From contig NW_005434452.1 of NCBI RefSeq assembly GCF_000315625.1, positions 1 through 52,893 on the forward strand: a DNA stretch of 52,893 bases. The letters are read 5' to 3'. Position 1 is the stretch's first letter; every line of letters begins with the position of its first letter. Source of the DNA: Guillardia theta CCMP2712. Lineage: Eukaryota; Protista; Cryptophyta. The notes beneath the pieces are model-generated. The model was not told where the DNA came from. It was given only the letters and a program-made list of their open reading frames with translations, and ran no database searches. The position numbers and the translations under genes are program-made. Shown in pieces: positions 34,787 to 52,893 of the stretch.

Positions 34787-37669
34787 GATGGTAGCCAAGG
34801 AGATAGAGAGACGAGGAAGGACCATGTCAACAGCAGCATGCTGTTTTGCAGATTCTTGCTGATCATGCTCGAGATTGCAACCAACCATGAGACTCACGAG
34901 GTTGATTGTCATTCTGCAGGAGGAGGGTAGGAAGATGTGTCGTCGAGCATGGCGAACGCTTGTGGCTGCAGGGACGGGGGCGGTGCTTCTGGTCGCCATC
35001 ATAGCGCTCAGTGCTCACGTCTCTCAGGATGCCAAGTCGCTGACAGAGAAGGTGAAGGAGCTAGCTGGACCCCAGCTGTTGGCTGATGCTTGTACAGGGC
35101 TCTTCCCAGGCTGATCACTCGTCCTCCAAGGTTTGTGTTCATGTCTTCTTCGTTTGCTTTTATCCTCCCCCATCCCAACCCCCCTCTTTCTCTCTCTCCT
35201 CCCCTCCTCCCCTCGTCTCCCTTGCTCTCACACTTGTTCCCGTTATGAGTCTTGATGTTCTTTTCGACAGAAGGTTGAGCTCAGCGACGAACAAGTCGAG
35301 CAAGACAAGCGACGAGTACGACAGTTGCAGAAGGAGATTCATGAGGAACAGGTTGTTGAAACTTGTTAGCTTAGCTCCTCGACTATCCTCTCCCAACTCG
35401 TTGCCTGTCTATGCTTGTGTGGTTCAATCAGAGGGATGTCAAGGTTGATGGAGCATCCAGGCAAAGGCGAACAAGTTGGACAAGGAAGTGACATCTGCTG
35501 AGTCCGGTATCAAGGTGATCCTTCTCTTCCTCGCTTCTTCTGCGTCCTCCTGCTTGTCCCTCCACTTCTCTCCTCCCAGCACCTCGGATGACAAGTCCGC
35601 CCAGAAAATTTTGCTGAAAGCCAAGGAGGAGGAGAAGAAGGCGGGCAAAGTGAGGGCCGAGGTCGCGAGGGAGCAGCAGCAGGTCACGTGACCTGTGCCT
35701 TGTCGCCGCTGAAATGTGCGGCGATGCAGGCGAACGAGATGAGAGCGAACGCGGCGAAGCTGAAGAAGGAGAGCGAAGAAGCGAAAACAAAGTTTGTTGA
35801 CACAGAAAAACCGGTGAGGGAGGGGGGGAGGGAGGGAGGAGGAGGAGGAGGAGGAGGAGGAGGAGGAGGAGGAAGTAGTGGCAGCAGCTGCTGCTTCGAC
35901 TGTGGATGTGGTTGTTTGCCGTGGAGGAGGAGGTGGTGGTGGTGGTGGTAATGAAAGAAGAGTAGGTGGTAGGAGAGGTTTTTGGGAGATCGTAAGCTCT
36001 GAATGGATGACTGAAAGTTTGAACAGATGGAGACTGCAACAAAGAAATACGCGGCAGACCAGAGAAAGTACCGACAAGCTGAACTGAAAGTTGCGAACCT
36101 GGTAACAAGTTTCGAGTCTTCCTGCCTCTTGTCTCTCACTGGATTCGCGTGTCGCTTTCCCCATCCTGCCTCTTGTTGCGCCTCCTTCCTCCTCCTCTCG
36201 GGTTCCCGTGACGTTCTGCTCCTCTTGTCACAGGCTATCAAGATTTCGAAACATCCAGGAGACACAAAGTTTGATTTCTTAGCCGCTATGCGCATGTCGG
36301 TGATGGAAAACACGCAGGCTGCGAACGAAACTCGGAGCTCTCGTCAAGGTCTCGAAGCATGTGAGAGCCGAAAAGTTGCTGCATGCCTGACGGCTGACTT
36401 GAGTTGCCAGGCAAAGCAAGACGCGCGTCAAGTCCGAAGGTCGTTGTCATCCGCATTCGATGGATTCTAATCCCACCTCCCCTTCTCGTCTCTCCTCTTC
36501 CTTCCCCTACGTCTCCTCTTCTGCTCCCCTCCTCTCCTCTCCCTCTCCTCCCTTCTCCTCTCCAGTCTCCCCTTCAGTGCTCGCGTTCCACGGTTGCCGA
36601 TCTGCATGACCGTCTGACTTTCAATCTCAGCGTGCTGGTGGAGCTTGAGAAGAGGGCTGCGGACATGCAGGCAAATCTTGATTCACTCTCCTTCTCCTTT
36701 CGCTTTCCCTCCCTTGTGCCTTTGCTCGCTTCCTCCCTCCACTCTCCTTCCTCCCGCCTCCTCCTCTTATTCCCACCCAGTTGGATGGAAAGGAGAGTTT
36801 CTCCCAGCTTGCTGGACAGAGCGTGAAGAAGGAAAAGCAGGCGTCAGCGCTGGAAGCGGTGAACGAGGGGAAGGGGGATGAGAAGCGAGGGGAAGGGAAG
36901 GAGAGGAGGGGAAGGGAAGGAGAGGGGGAGAGCACAACAAAAGCAGCAGGGAGAGGGAAGGGAGGAGCAGGGGGGGGAGGAGAAAAAAGCTGAGCGACGA
37001 TGAGCAGGAGGTGAAGAGGCTGACGAAGGAGTCGAAGAAGTACGAGGAAGAAGCTGACAAGACAGTCAAACGCGTCAAGAAGTTGATGATCCACCCGGAA
37101 GAGCTCCACGAGAAGGTGAAACCTCCTCCTCCTCCTCCCCGTCCTTCTCCTCCCTCCCTGCCTCCTCCCTCCCTCCCTCCCTCACCACCACCACCTCCTC
37201 CTCCTCCATTGTCCTTCTCGGTCAGCTGCTCCTCCTCCTCCTCCTGCTCCTCTCCGTCTTGATCTCAACCATGTGCAGGCGGAGGCGGACAGAAAGTCGT
37301 ACAAGGAGAAGATGCAGGAGCTCGCAAAGTGAGTCCTCTGCTCCTCCTCTCCCTCCTCATCCTGACAGCATCTTGCACAGACTGAGACAGCTGCTGGACA
37401 GCCAGCAAGGCTCCCACGATGATTCGACTTCAAGCTCCTCCTCCTCACCATCCTCTGCATCCTCCTCGTCTGCTTCAACTACTTCCTCCTCCTCATCCTT
37501 GTCCTCCTCTTCACATTCATCCTCATCAAAGCTGCATGACAGGCGAGTTGCTGTGCTGGGCGTGCTGGCGTGACGATACGGCAGGTCGACAAGCAAGAAG
37601 TTGACGCAGGGGCAGTCGACGTTCCTTGCGGGACTCTTCTCCTCCAATTCCCCGTGGGACAAGTCGTGA
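34787..37669 (+). CDS. Uncharacterised N-terminally membrane-anchored, Lys/Glu/Ala-rich coiled-coil protein; many small exons; boundaries approximate
   Basis: Hydrophobic segment LVAAGTGAVLLVAIIALSA followed by KE-rich exons (AKEEEKKAGKVRAEVARE, VKRLTKESKKYEEEADK) between pyrimidine-rich introns. Confidence 0.6.
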
Positions 37670-37784
37670 GATGAGGAGAACTTTGTACTTGTGAAATACA
37701 CATCACATGTTCCTACCTGCTCCTCCTGCTCCTCTCCTCCTCTCTCTGTGCTGTTCTCTCCGACGCCTCTCCTCTCCTCTCCTC

Positions 37785-40857
<3,073 letters not shown>

Positions 40858-41458
40858 TCCTCCTTCCTCTTCACGACGCCGCGTCCCATACCCTTTATAT
40901 GAGCATCGCCCCTCGTCCCCGCTCAAAACTACCTGACAGGCCCGGCGCACTGCCCGGCGCAGGCCTCTGTCCACCAGGTGCCCGGCCGGGCCTCAGATGA
41001 TGAATCCGCCGAGAGCCTCAGAGCCACCGCTGCGGGCCCGACTGCCATCATGTCACCCTCGCGCTGCCGGCGGGGCTCCGAGTCCGACCGTCAGTCACGG
41101 TTGCCCGGGGGCCGCGCCCGGCCCGGTCGTTTACAGCATGATGATCGGATCCGACACTGGCCCACTGGCACTGGACGGTCCGATACTGCCAGCACTCCGC
41201 CCCCTCCCATTATCGCCAGCACTCATGGCGCCCTCGGACTCTCAGGCTTGCAGGATCGGATGCGGCGCCACGGTTGCCGCAGTGCGCTTTCTATGTGACT
41301 CGCCTGATTATGCCGAGCCGCGGCGGCAGCGCCGCTCGTAGAGGAAGGACAATGAATCTGCTCAGTCAGCGCGGGAGCCCGGGGAGTTTGACTCTCATAC
41401 CCTGGCAGCAGGCTCGAACTTGAATCTCTACAGAGGCTGAGAGCTCCAAGCCTTCAAG

Positions 41459-41860
41459 CTAGACGCTCCGATGGCCAACATGACTGCATGACATGACTGC
41501 TTTTGTTTTGCAGAGATTCTTCATGTTGGAACACACTAGATCTGTTCCTTCCAAACATTTGAGTGGACCAACGTGCTTCCATTCTCCATCAATCTTCACC
41601 TCTTGCCCTAGGTGCCATTTCTGCCACCGTGACATACTTTTGCTCGGCGTCTTCTCAGGGAAAATAAAACCTTGAGGTACAGGATGATCCATTCCTCCCC
41701 ATGTCCGACGTTCAACGATTCGCCTTCAATCAGTGTTGCCTGAAATTCCTGGCAGGTCCCCTCTACTCTCTCCCTGTCACTTCCTCAGGACCATGCATCC
41801 TTCTCGACGTCTGTGTCGGCAAGATGAGGTCCAGTTGGTTCTCTCTCTCCTTCGTTGTCC
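41459..41860 (-). mobile_element. Crypton-like (CryptonS C-terminal domain) remnant
   Basis: TWGGMDHPVPQGFIFP...WQKWHLG...VGPLKCL...DL...KNLCKTKAVM resembles, from memory, the WGGxxHxVPxxFxFP/WxxWxxG domain of stramenopile Cryptons; in-frame stop upstream. Confidence 0.5.
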
Positions 41861-42375
41861 ACTCGGCACCAGCATTTCTCAGTCAGGCAGCCGGCGGCGA
41901 CTCATGCTGAGCCATGCCAGTGGCTGCGATAGGCTCAGCGCCTTACCACCAAGCGGTTGCCGGCGGGTCTCTCAGTGGGTATCATGCAGATCCAACTGAA
42001 ACGCCTCGTCCTTGGGAGCCTCAGCCTTGCTTCGCACGCCGCCTGCCAACAGCACCAGTGACTCAACGCCCTTGCCACGGCTGCTTCAGGAGACTCAGAC
42101 GGTCACAGGCTGAGCGGCCGAGCAACGGATAGGTCAAGTCAGATCAAGCTCTGGCTCACCTATCAAGTGCTGATGGAAAAATCCTCTTTGGCAGCAGTTT
42201 GGATCTCGACAGACATGAGGACCAAGTGCCTTACCGAGAACAAGTAAGTAGGGGTCCAGTACTCAAACAAGGTTGACAGCTACGGTCAATAGACTACCTT
42301 CTCAGCTGCTGTTTTGTCTGTTTGTGCCCTGCCAATATGAATATTTACATCTGATCCAATCGCGACAATGAAGTT

Positions 42376-43439
42376 TCACCTAACGAATGTTTTGGGACCG
42401 AGCGCTATGCCGTTCTTGGTGAAACTTGCCTTCAAGTTTGTTTCATCTGAAGTGTCGCTGTCGTTGACCCCGTCCAAGTCAGAGTCACTTTGATCGTTGC
42501 TGTCCTCGCTGGCACAACTCCTCGAACATCTCTTGTGCTCTGCCTCGCCAACCAGCGGACACTCCTTGTTGCTCTTACAAAGGATACAAGCTTGATTTAG
42601 CCAAGCTTGAAAGATCACGGAGCCCAATGTCTCCATCAGAACGAATTGTCTCAGTGCAGTGCCCATGACACGAGATACTATCACACCCTCGCGACAGCAG
42701 ATGAGCGCGGGGAGCTGTGATATCTGTAGACGAGATCTAAGGTCGTCCCCGAATTTAGAGTGAAGTACGCAAAACAGGAAAGAAGTCCCAAGGAATTCTT
42801 TTGCAAGAGCTTTCATGTTCTTCAAGATGCCAGTCGAAACTTCTCCTTGCGATGGACTTAGATCTGCTTCTTCGCGTGTCACGAGGATCACAACGCGAGC
42901 TCCGCTCGTGATCAGCTCGAGCACTCTCGCGGGGTCGGATGCTTGCACCTCTCCTTGACCTGAATTCACTTGCTCCTGCCCCCGGTTCACGTTGAGCTTC
43001 GAGAGCTCCATCAACTCTTCTAGACGAGCACTGCGGATGATGGTTAGCTCCGAGTCTTGTTCAACATCCTCCAACACTCTTTCGATCTCTTCTTCTGTCA
43101 AGGCATCTGCATTCCCTTCCATCAGATGTTCTCTAGAATCTACTGCTCTCCTCTTGTCCATGTAGTCCGCTCCTTCAGAGTAAAATATTCGTGATTTGTC
43201 GACCAACTCAGCAGGCATCGCTCTTCGCACCTGAAGCATGGTCTTAGTACAGCATCCAGATGTGGTGAGTGATAGTACAGCGTCAAGCTTGAGCTGATAT
43301 GCAACCCTTTCACGCATCTCACGCCTTCAATAGAACCTTGTCAGACCAAGATTGCGATGATGGATCAAAACGTGTACCGAGCACAGATTGGCATCGTCGG
43401 GTCATTCTCGAAATCTATCAGATCTTCGTAGCCTTCCAT
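42376..43439 (-). CDS. Phosducin-like / thioredoxin-fold protein (probable short 5' exons from the ATG at 43439)
   Basis: IRSARLEELM, LAKEFLGTSF, LQISQLPALICCREGVIVSRVMG and an acidic tail. Confidence 0.7.
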
Positions 43440-44055
43440 CGAGCTTCTAGTTCAGGGTGCAGTGTGACTGGCTATACAAGCATGCTATTAGAGTTGAATC
43501 GTTGTAGACTCAAATTGACCTACAATTGCTCTCGCTGCCTGGCCTTGTGCTAAATCACAAGATGTTCATTTGTATCCTTCCAACTTTCAATACTGGTTTG
43601 CTATTCTATTTCTGCCTCAGTTCTTGCTGTATGTTCCATCCATTTTTATTTCTAGACTTTTGCTTCAATTCTGTATATTCTTTCGCCAAGAGGCCCGGAA
43701 TCGTCTATCACCAATCGTGCTACAACTCATAGTTTTCAATTGATGGCTGCGTCAAGCTCATCTATTTTGTCCTTGCTTGCAGCTCTCATTTCTACATCTC
43801 TTCATTACAGATCTCTCCCTTTCCACAGCAGCTTTGCTCATAATTTCGAATCTTTTTGCTTCTCTACATCGTTTTTCTACATGGAGATCTCTTTCAATGC
43901 CTTTGCCACGACGCCTGAATAATTCATCGAAATTTTCTCGGTACGAAAAACGTGAAAAGTTCTCTGCATCGCTACTTGATCATTGCTGCGTAATACATGC
44001 TGACGCTAAGCTCAAGAGTCTTTTCTTTCTCGTTCGCTTGTGCAGATTGAAGTAT

Positions 44056-44098
<43 letters not shown>

Positions 44099-47000
44099 CC
44101 ATTCCCCGCTGCCATACCCTGAAGTTTGTGGCCCTGCATTATACTACGACGTCCGAGTCAGCAGGACTTGGGTTTTGAAACTTAGCATGAAGGGGTGGGG
44201 TAGCTGTTGGAGGGGGTTCATAGCCTAAGATCCTAGGGATAAGAGGGGTGGGGGTTGTATGCGTCTAATTCGTAGGAGGAAAAGAGGGAGGTGGGGTAGG
44301 ATGTTTCTCCATGTAAGAAGCCTGGGTAGTCCTTGGTAGCGAGTAGGGGTAGAGGATGGAAAAGTCGTAAAGTGTGGGGGTAGAGGGTAGTTGGCGGTTG
44401 TTGACTTGAGTCAGCGACTGAGGCTTACGATAAAGGCCTTTATTAGTCTATAAGCCCTTTATTAATCTATAAAGCCCTTCCAAGTTAGTCTAATTCAGAT
44501 GCCCTCACTGATGATGGCTTGTTCCCTCCACCTCTCCGGGCCGTAGGCATGCGGTCCCTCGTCCCCGCTCAAACTTTGACGCCGGCCGCTGCAGGACCGC
44601 TGCTACTGCCACTGAGTCAGTGACTGCCGCGCCGGGGCCCGACCGTACACGGCAGTGAGTCACCCCGGTGATCGGACCCTTGCCGCCGCTGTGAGTCACG
44701 TGCCCCGGCCCACAGGCTGCGGCCGCCGGGCCCCGGCCCGGCCCGCCCGGGCCCGCGCCGCCGCGCCCTGTGCCACGACCGTACGGTGACTACCGTACCG
44801 TCCCGTCCGGGGCCGACTCGGCGGCGCGCCGGTCCGATCCTGATCCGATCCCGGCCCGGCACGGGGTCCGATCACCGGGGCCCGGTCACCGTCACCGTGG
44901 CACGGTCCGATCCCGACGGCCACGCCGGGGCCCGCCGTATAGTACTGACTCAGTGACTCAGCCTTCAGATCGGATGCCGCAGTGCCGCCCGGGGCCCTCC
45001 GCCGGGCCGCCCGGATCGGACCGTACTGAGGCTCGGCCCGGGATCATCCCGAAGTTCCGAACTGAAGTTCTCACTGGCAGAGTCAGGCTTTGTGCAGCGG
45101 GTCGCCCGATACAGCCTGAGAGTCTGCGGTAGGCGGTAGAAGAGCATAGAGTAGCATGAGACATGAAAGCTTGAGTGACTGGTCGCCTTTCAACTCAAGT
45201 ATGCACTGAATTCTTACATAATATACAAAATTCAAAATCTAAGTGACCGATAGTGAGCGGTCACTTGCTAAGAAACAAACATGGTACATGAAGATCTTTG
45301 ACAAAGAAGAATATGCCATCATGTCATGTGACATTCTTGCTTTCGTCACAGTCTTCATGTAGCTTGCATGTATGATACATAGACGGGACTGCTTCTTGCC
45401 TGGAGAAGAATCACATGAGATTGGTTCCCAAAAACCAACAAACAGGCGAGGTCTCACCTGTACATCTCAGCTGAAACCGATTGAATCGAGAGCTCGCTGA
45501 ACAGAACGAGCATGGGAAGAATCTTGCTTTGATTGAATTGGAGGAATTTCCTCATGAGCACAAACTGACAACAACGCTTCAGCGCATATTCGAGCAGCAT
45601 TCTCAACGAGATCAAAGTGAAACGAATCCAAGCATGTGGTTGCACTCAGTTCAATGGTCTCATTACAAACTTAGTATCAACATTCAAAACTTATCGTGAA
45701 AGTGTCATGATCTTCCTTGAAAACAAACACGCCGAAAACCCTTTGCACTTGCTTTGGGAAATCGAGATTCATAACGCATACATCCAAACAGGTACAACAA
45801 GTATTTGCTAGCATACTCACTGCTCAAGATACAGGTTGATAACAACCTTTCACACGTTCCTCCTACTCCTCCTCCCTCCTCTCCCATGTTTCAACCTCTG
45901 TTTTACACACCTGTTGAGCGGCCATGACGGAGTTTTCGGAAAATTTGAACGGGGTGGGGTAGTTGGGGGCGCTAGTTATTGGGGTGGGGGTCATTTGGGT
46001 AGCGGGTGGGGGTTCATGTTGGGATCTGGTGGGTATTTTGACTAGGGGTAGTTGACGTTAGGATTCGATGAAACACCAAATGGGTAGGGGTCCATATCAT
46101 AGTTCGACAGTAGATCGCTCTTGTAGGGTGGTGTGGTAGGTCAGGAGGCAATGGCAAGGGGTGGGGTAGTAGAATATGAAACTTTTAGACCCGGCTTCAC
46201 ACCACCAGACCAGCTGCTACCACCCCTATCTGAGACCTCTATTTTGGGGGTAGGAAGTGGGTTACCCCGCAAGGGGTCAACAGGGGGAATAATAGTTTTA
46301 GACATGTATAAAAACTTTTGATTCACGAAAAGAAGGTTTTTCATATTAAAACTAATTTTGAGGGGCTGTTTCTCGAAAACACTTCTTTCCGCTGTCATTC
46401 TTGGATCCCGTTACACTCTTCAATCTCTTCCGTTACGACCAACCCTCAGGCCGGGGCCCGGGGCCGGCCGCAGCGATGCGGCCGGGCCGCCGGCGCCGGC
46501 TGTCCCCCAATCTGAACCGTTTCGAGTAAACACTGCCACGGTGAACTGATACATGTTTCACCGCCGCAGTAGTGCACCACTGAGGCCGGGCCGAATCAGC
46601 CTGGCAGTGGCACACCGACGGGCGGACTCGCGGCGGGACCCTGGGGCGGAAGCGACGGTGAGTCAGTGCGGCCCCGGTGACCGGCGTACTGCGACGGCGA
46701 GTGACTAGACGGCCGACGGCCCGGCAGTTGTGAGGGGTCAAGGGAGAATCTCTTGGGGGTGGTCCAGACCAAAGTGTACAGATCACCAGGGGTAGGGTGA
46801 AAAATGATCCGAAAGGGAGGTATAGTAGGGGTACATTTACTGATCCACGAAGACAAAGAGGGGGTAGGGTGATGTACCTTGCTGTACGACGATTTGCAGA
46901 GGTCATCAAGGTGGGGTGGGGTAGTCCAGGAGGAGGGTAGGGGTAGGTGAGATCGTGGGTTGCTTTAGTGAACCACTCCTAACGGCTGAAGAGCAGCGCA

Positions 47001-47799
47001 AGGCAATTTTCACAGGGGGCAACCAAAATTCGTAGATTTTGTAAATGCCACAATTAATTTTAATTAAAGTTATTTTTATCTTACTAAATTTATATGAGTA
47101 ATAAGTTACAGTACACCTATGATAATGACCCCCCTACAATAAATGCGAGAGAGGACCTTCCTTCGTCAGTGCACCTGATCCTTCGTTGGCACCCCTGGGC
47201 ATGCATACGCGGAGACGAGCAGCGGGCTGGCGAGCGGGCGGGAGGAGAGGGGGGGGGGGGGGGGGCTCTCCTCTGGCATCTCCCAGTCTCTCGCGATCAG
47301 CATATCAATACTTCCCAAGCTTCGCTTTTCCTTCCAACCCCTCCTAGGCGCGTCTCCTTCCCCCCTCCCCGGGGCCCCTCATCTCTCCTTCCCCAGCCTC
47401 TGAAACTCCAATGACATGTTACAATCGCCATGCCACTGGCTGTTGAGAGCATTTCACAAGACTCAAACTGTTGTGGAATGCGTTGGGAGAAGCCTAAAAA
47501 AATGCAATCATGGCAAAGCACCAGCAAGTCTCTTGAAATATGTTTCATATACAACCGACGAAGCATTCTGGTACAGGAAGCTACGGCGCTCATCGCAATA
47601 AGGAGAATAGCATTTCCTTTATGTCTTCGAAGGTTGCCTCTCTGATCGAGTGACTTTCATGTTTTCCGTTCTGAAAGTGTGAANNNNNNNNNNNNNNNNN
47701 NNNNNNNNNNNNNNNNNNNNNNNNNNNNNNNNNNNNNNNNNNNNNNNNNNNNNNNNNNNNNNNNNNNNNNNNNNNNNNNNNNNGCCAACTTCACCCACC

Positions 47800-47918
47800 A
47801 AGGAGAGAGAGAACCCACTGGGCGTCATCCTTGCTGCTCCCACCTTCTCACAGTCCGCAAGGTCTTGAGGAACTGATAGGAAGCGAGTAGAGGGTACTGC
47901 CAGGAATTTCAGGCAACA
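47800..47918 (+). mobile_element. Second decayed fragment homologous to 41734-41852 (inverted)
   Basis: Exact 16-nt and 22-nt blocks shared at identical spacing (119-nt span in both). Confidence 0.7.
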
Positions 47919-48641
47919 ATGTAGGGGGAGGGAGGGGAAGGAGGAAGACAAGGGAAGAACGGGAGAGGGAGGATTAAACGTGGGGAGAAGATGAGTCAGA
48001 CAGAGAGGAGGGAAGGGTAGTAATTGTGCAGAGGACCCTGTGAGGAGGCGGGAAAAGGAGGTAGGTAGACTGGGGAAGGAGGAAGGGAAAGAGGACAAAG
48101 TTAAGGTACTCCATAGAAGTTGAGACAGCAATATGGTCTTTATTACGTGCTTGTTGACCAGCACGCGCCACGAATTGAGAGTCGAGAAGACAACTTTGCT
48201 GGAGAGAGGAGGGAGGAGGGAGGAGCTAGAAGTAGCCAGAACAGGACCGACGCGGACGAGAGAGTGAGCGTAAAGGGATACTTGACGTGACTGTTGCTGC
48301 AGGCGGAGAAGGAGGTGCAGATGAAGAGGTCTCTCCCTTCCAGCTCGCCTCTCAGCGGGCAGAGGAGAGCCAAGAAGAGCTGCGTACGAGCAGAGGGGAG
48401 GGAAGAGCTCTTCAATGCAGTGCCCAGCGATCTCGACGCGTCGGGTGAAAGTGATGTGCCAAAGTGAGATGATGAAGTTGCCTTGTTGTCTGCCCGAACG
48501 ATCTGCTTCTCTCGTGACCTGCTCCTGTGTTGCTCCTCGTCTCCTCCTCTTCCTCTTGTTTTGTTGATTGAACATCGTCGTGCTCTTGCCAGGAGCGGGA
48601 GTTTACAGCTCAGCGCTGCCTCGGACCATCCAGACGCATCG

Positions 48642-52213
<3,572 letters not shown>

Positions 52214-52670
52214 CATGCCGCAACTTGTCGTGTCTCCTCCTCCTCCTCCTCCTCCTCCTCCTCCTGCTATACTAGTCTCAACGTCACTGGGGCCCTCCTG
52301 CCGCTCCTCTCACTGCCAGAGGCTCCTCCTTCTACTGCTAGACGGCAGTGGACCAGTCCGTCCGTCCCGCGCGGCCGGAACTTGCCGCGGTGCATTGCGG
52401 CCTAGTTCCAACAAAGAGATCCAGTAGAAACTATCAAAGTGCTGTGGATAGCACTGCGGCACGCATGGGAGCTTAAGAATGACCAAGTGGAAACTTACAA
52501 GTGAGATTAAACTTCATGTTCAGGTAAGAACTCTCCCTCTCGCATTCTTGTGACACTGAGCGCAACTACTAAGTTGGCAACCCGGGCCCGGGCCCGGGAG
52601 TGAGTGGGGATGTGGTCAGAATCTCGTTTATATATAAGTGAAAGATTTTCGAGCTGAACAGAATGCAGAC

Positions 52671-52893
52671 GTAGCAGGTAGCAGGTAGAAGGTAGAAGGT
52701 AGCAGGTAGAAGGTAGAAGGTAGAAGGTAGAAGGTAGAAGGTAGAAGGTAGAAGGTAGCAGGTAGAAGGTAGAAGGTAGCAGGTAGAAGGTAGAAGGTAG
52801 CAGGTAGAAGGTAGAAGGTAGAAGGTAGAAGGTAGAAGGTAGAAGGTAGAAGGTAGCAGGTAGAAGGTAGCAGGTAGCAGGTAGAAGGTAGAA
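52671..52893 (+). repeat. 7-bp satellite (GGTAGAA/GGTAGCA)n running to the window end
   Basis: About 32 tandem units with an A/C variant position. Confidence 0.95.

Noticed and set aside
43500-44040. Lys/Glu-rich minus-strand stretch
   Set aside because: Stops in all frames and no confident intron model; left unannotated.

Overview
Eukaryotic nuclear DNA, gene-dense, with short (~45-60 nt) GT-AG introns, many microsatellites and assembly gaps. Intron size, an RWP-RK gene, a bipartite (signal peptide + A|F) plastid-targeting presequence and TTTAGGG repeats point to a cryptophyte such as Guillardia theta (inference). The left ~5 kb looks subtelomeric: a chain of truncated LINE-ORF1-like (RRM-like) units separated by short (CCCTAAA)n tracts, a decayed inverted copy of one unit, a decayed Cys-rich gene, and an intronless DUF1281/YubB-like gene of phage/plasmid type. 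Recognisable genes: DUF829/TMEM53-like, RWP-RK, enkurin-domain, NUP42-like, TPR, TRAPPC4, a multi-pass membrane protein, a WEE1/Myt1-like probable pseudokinase, an ARM-repeat protein, a coiled-coil membrane-anchored protein, a plastid-targeted TPR-like/CRTISO-like fusion, a phosducin-like protein and a MYB transcription factor. Also present: a cluster of four micro-genes (34-61 aa, MF(Q/T)T N-termini; one absent from the ORF track and one shown there only unspliced), two TIR-bounded non-autonomous elements, Crypton-like remnants, and recurrent GC-rich intergenic islands that appear to grow by short micro-insertions. All exon models and family calls were made by eye without database searches.
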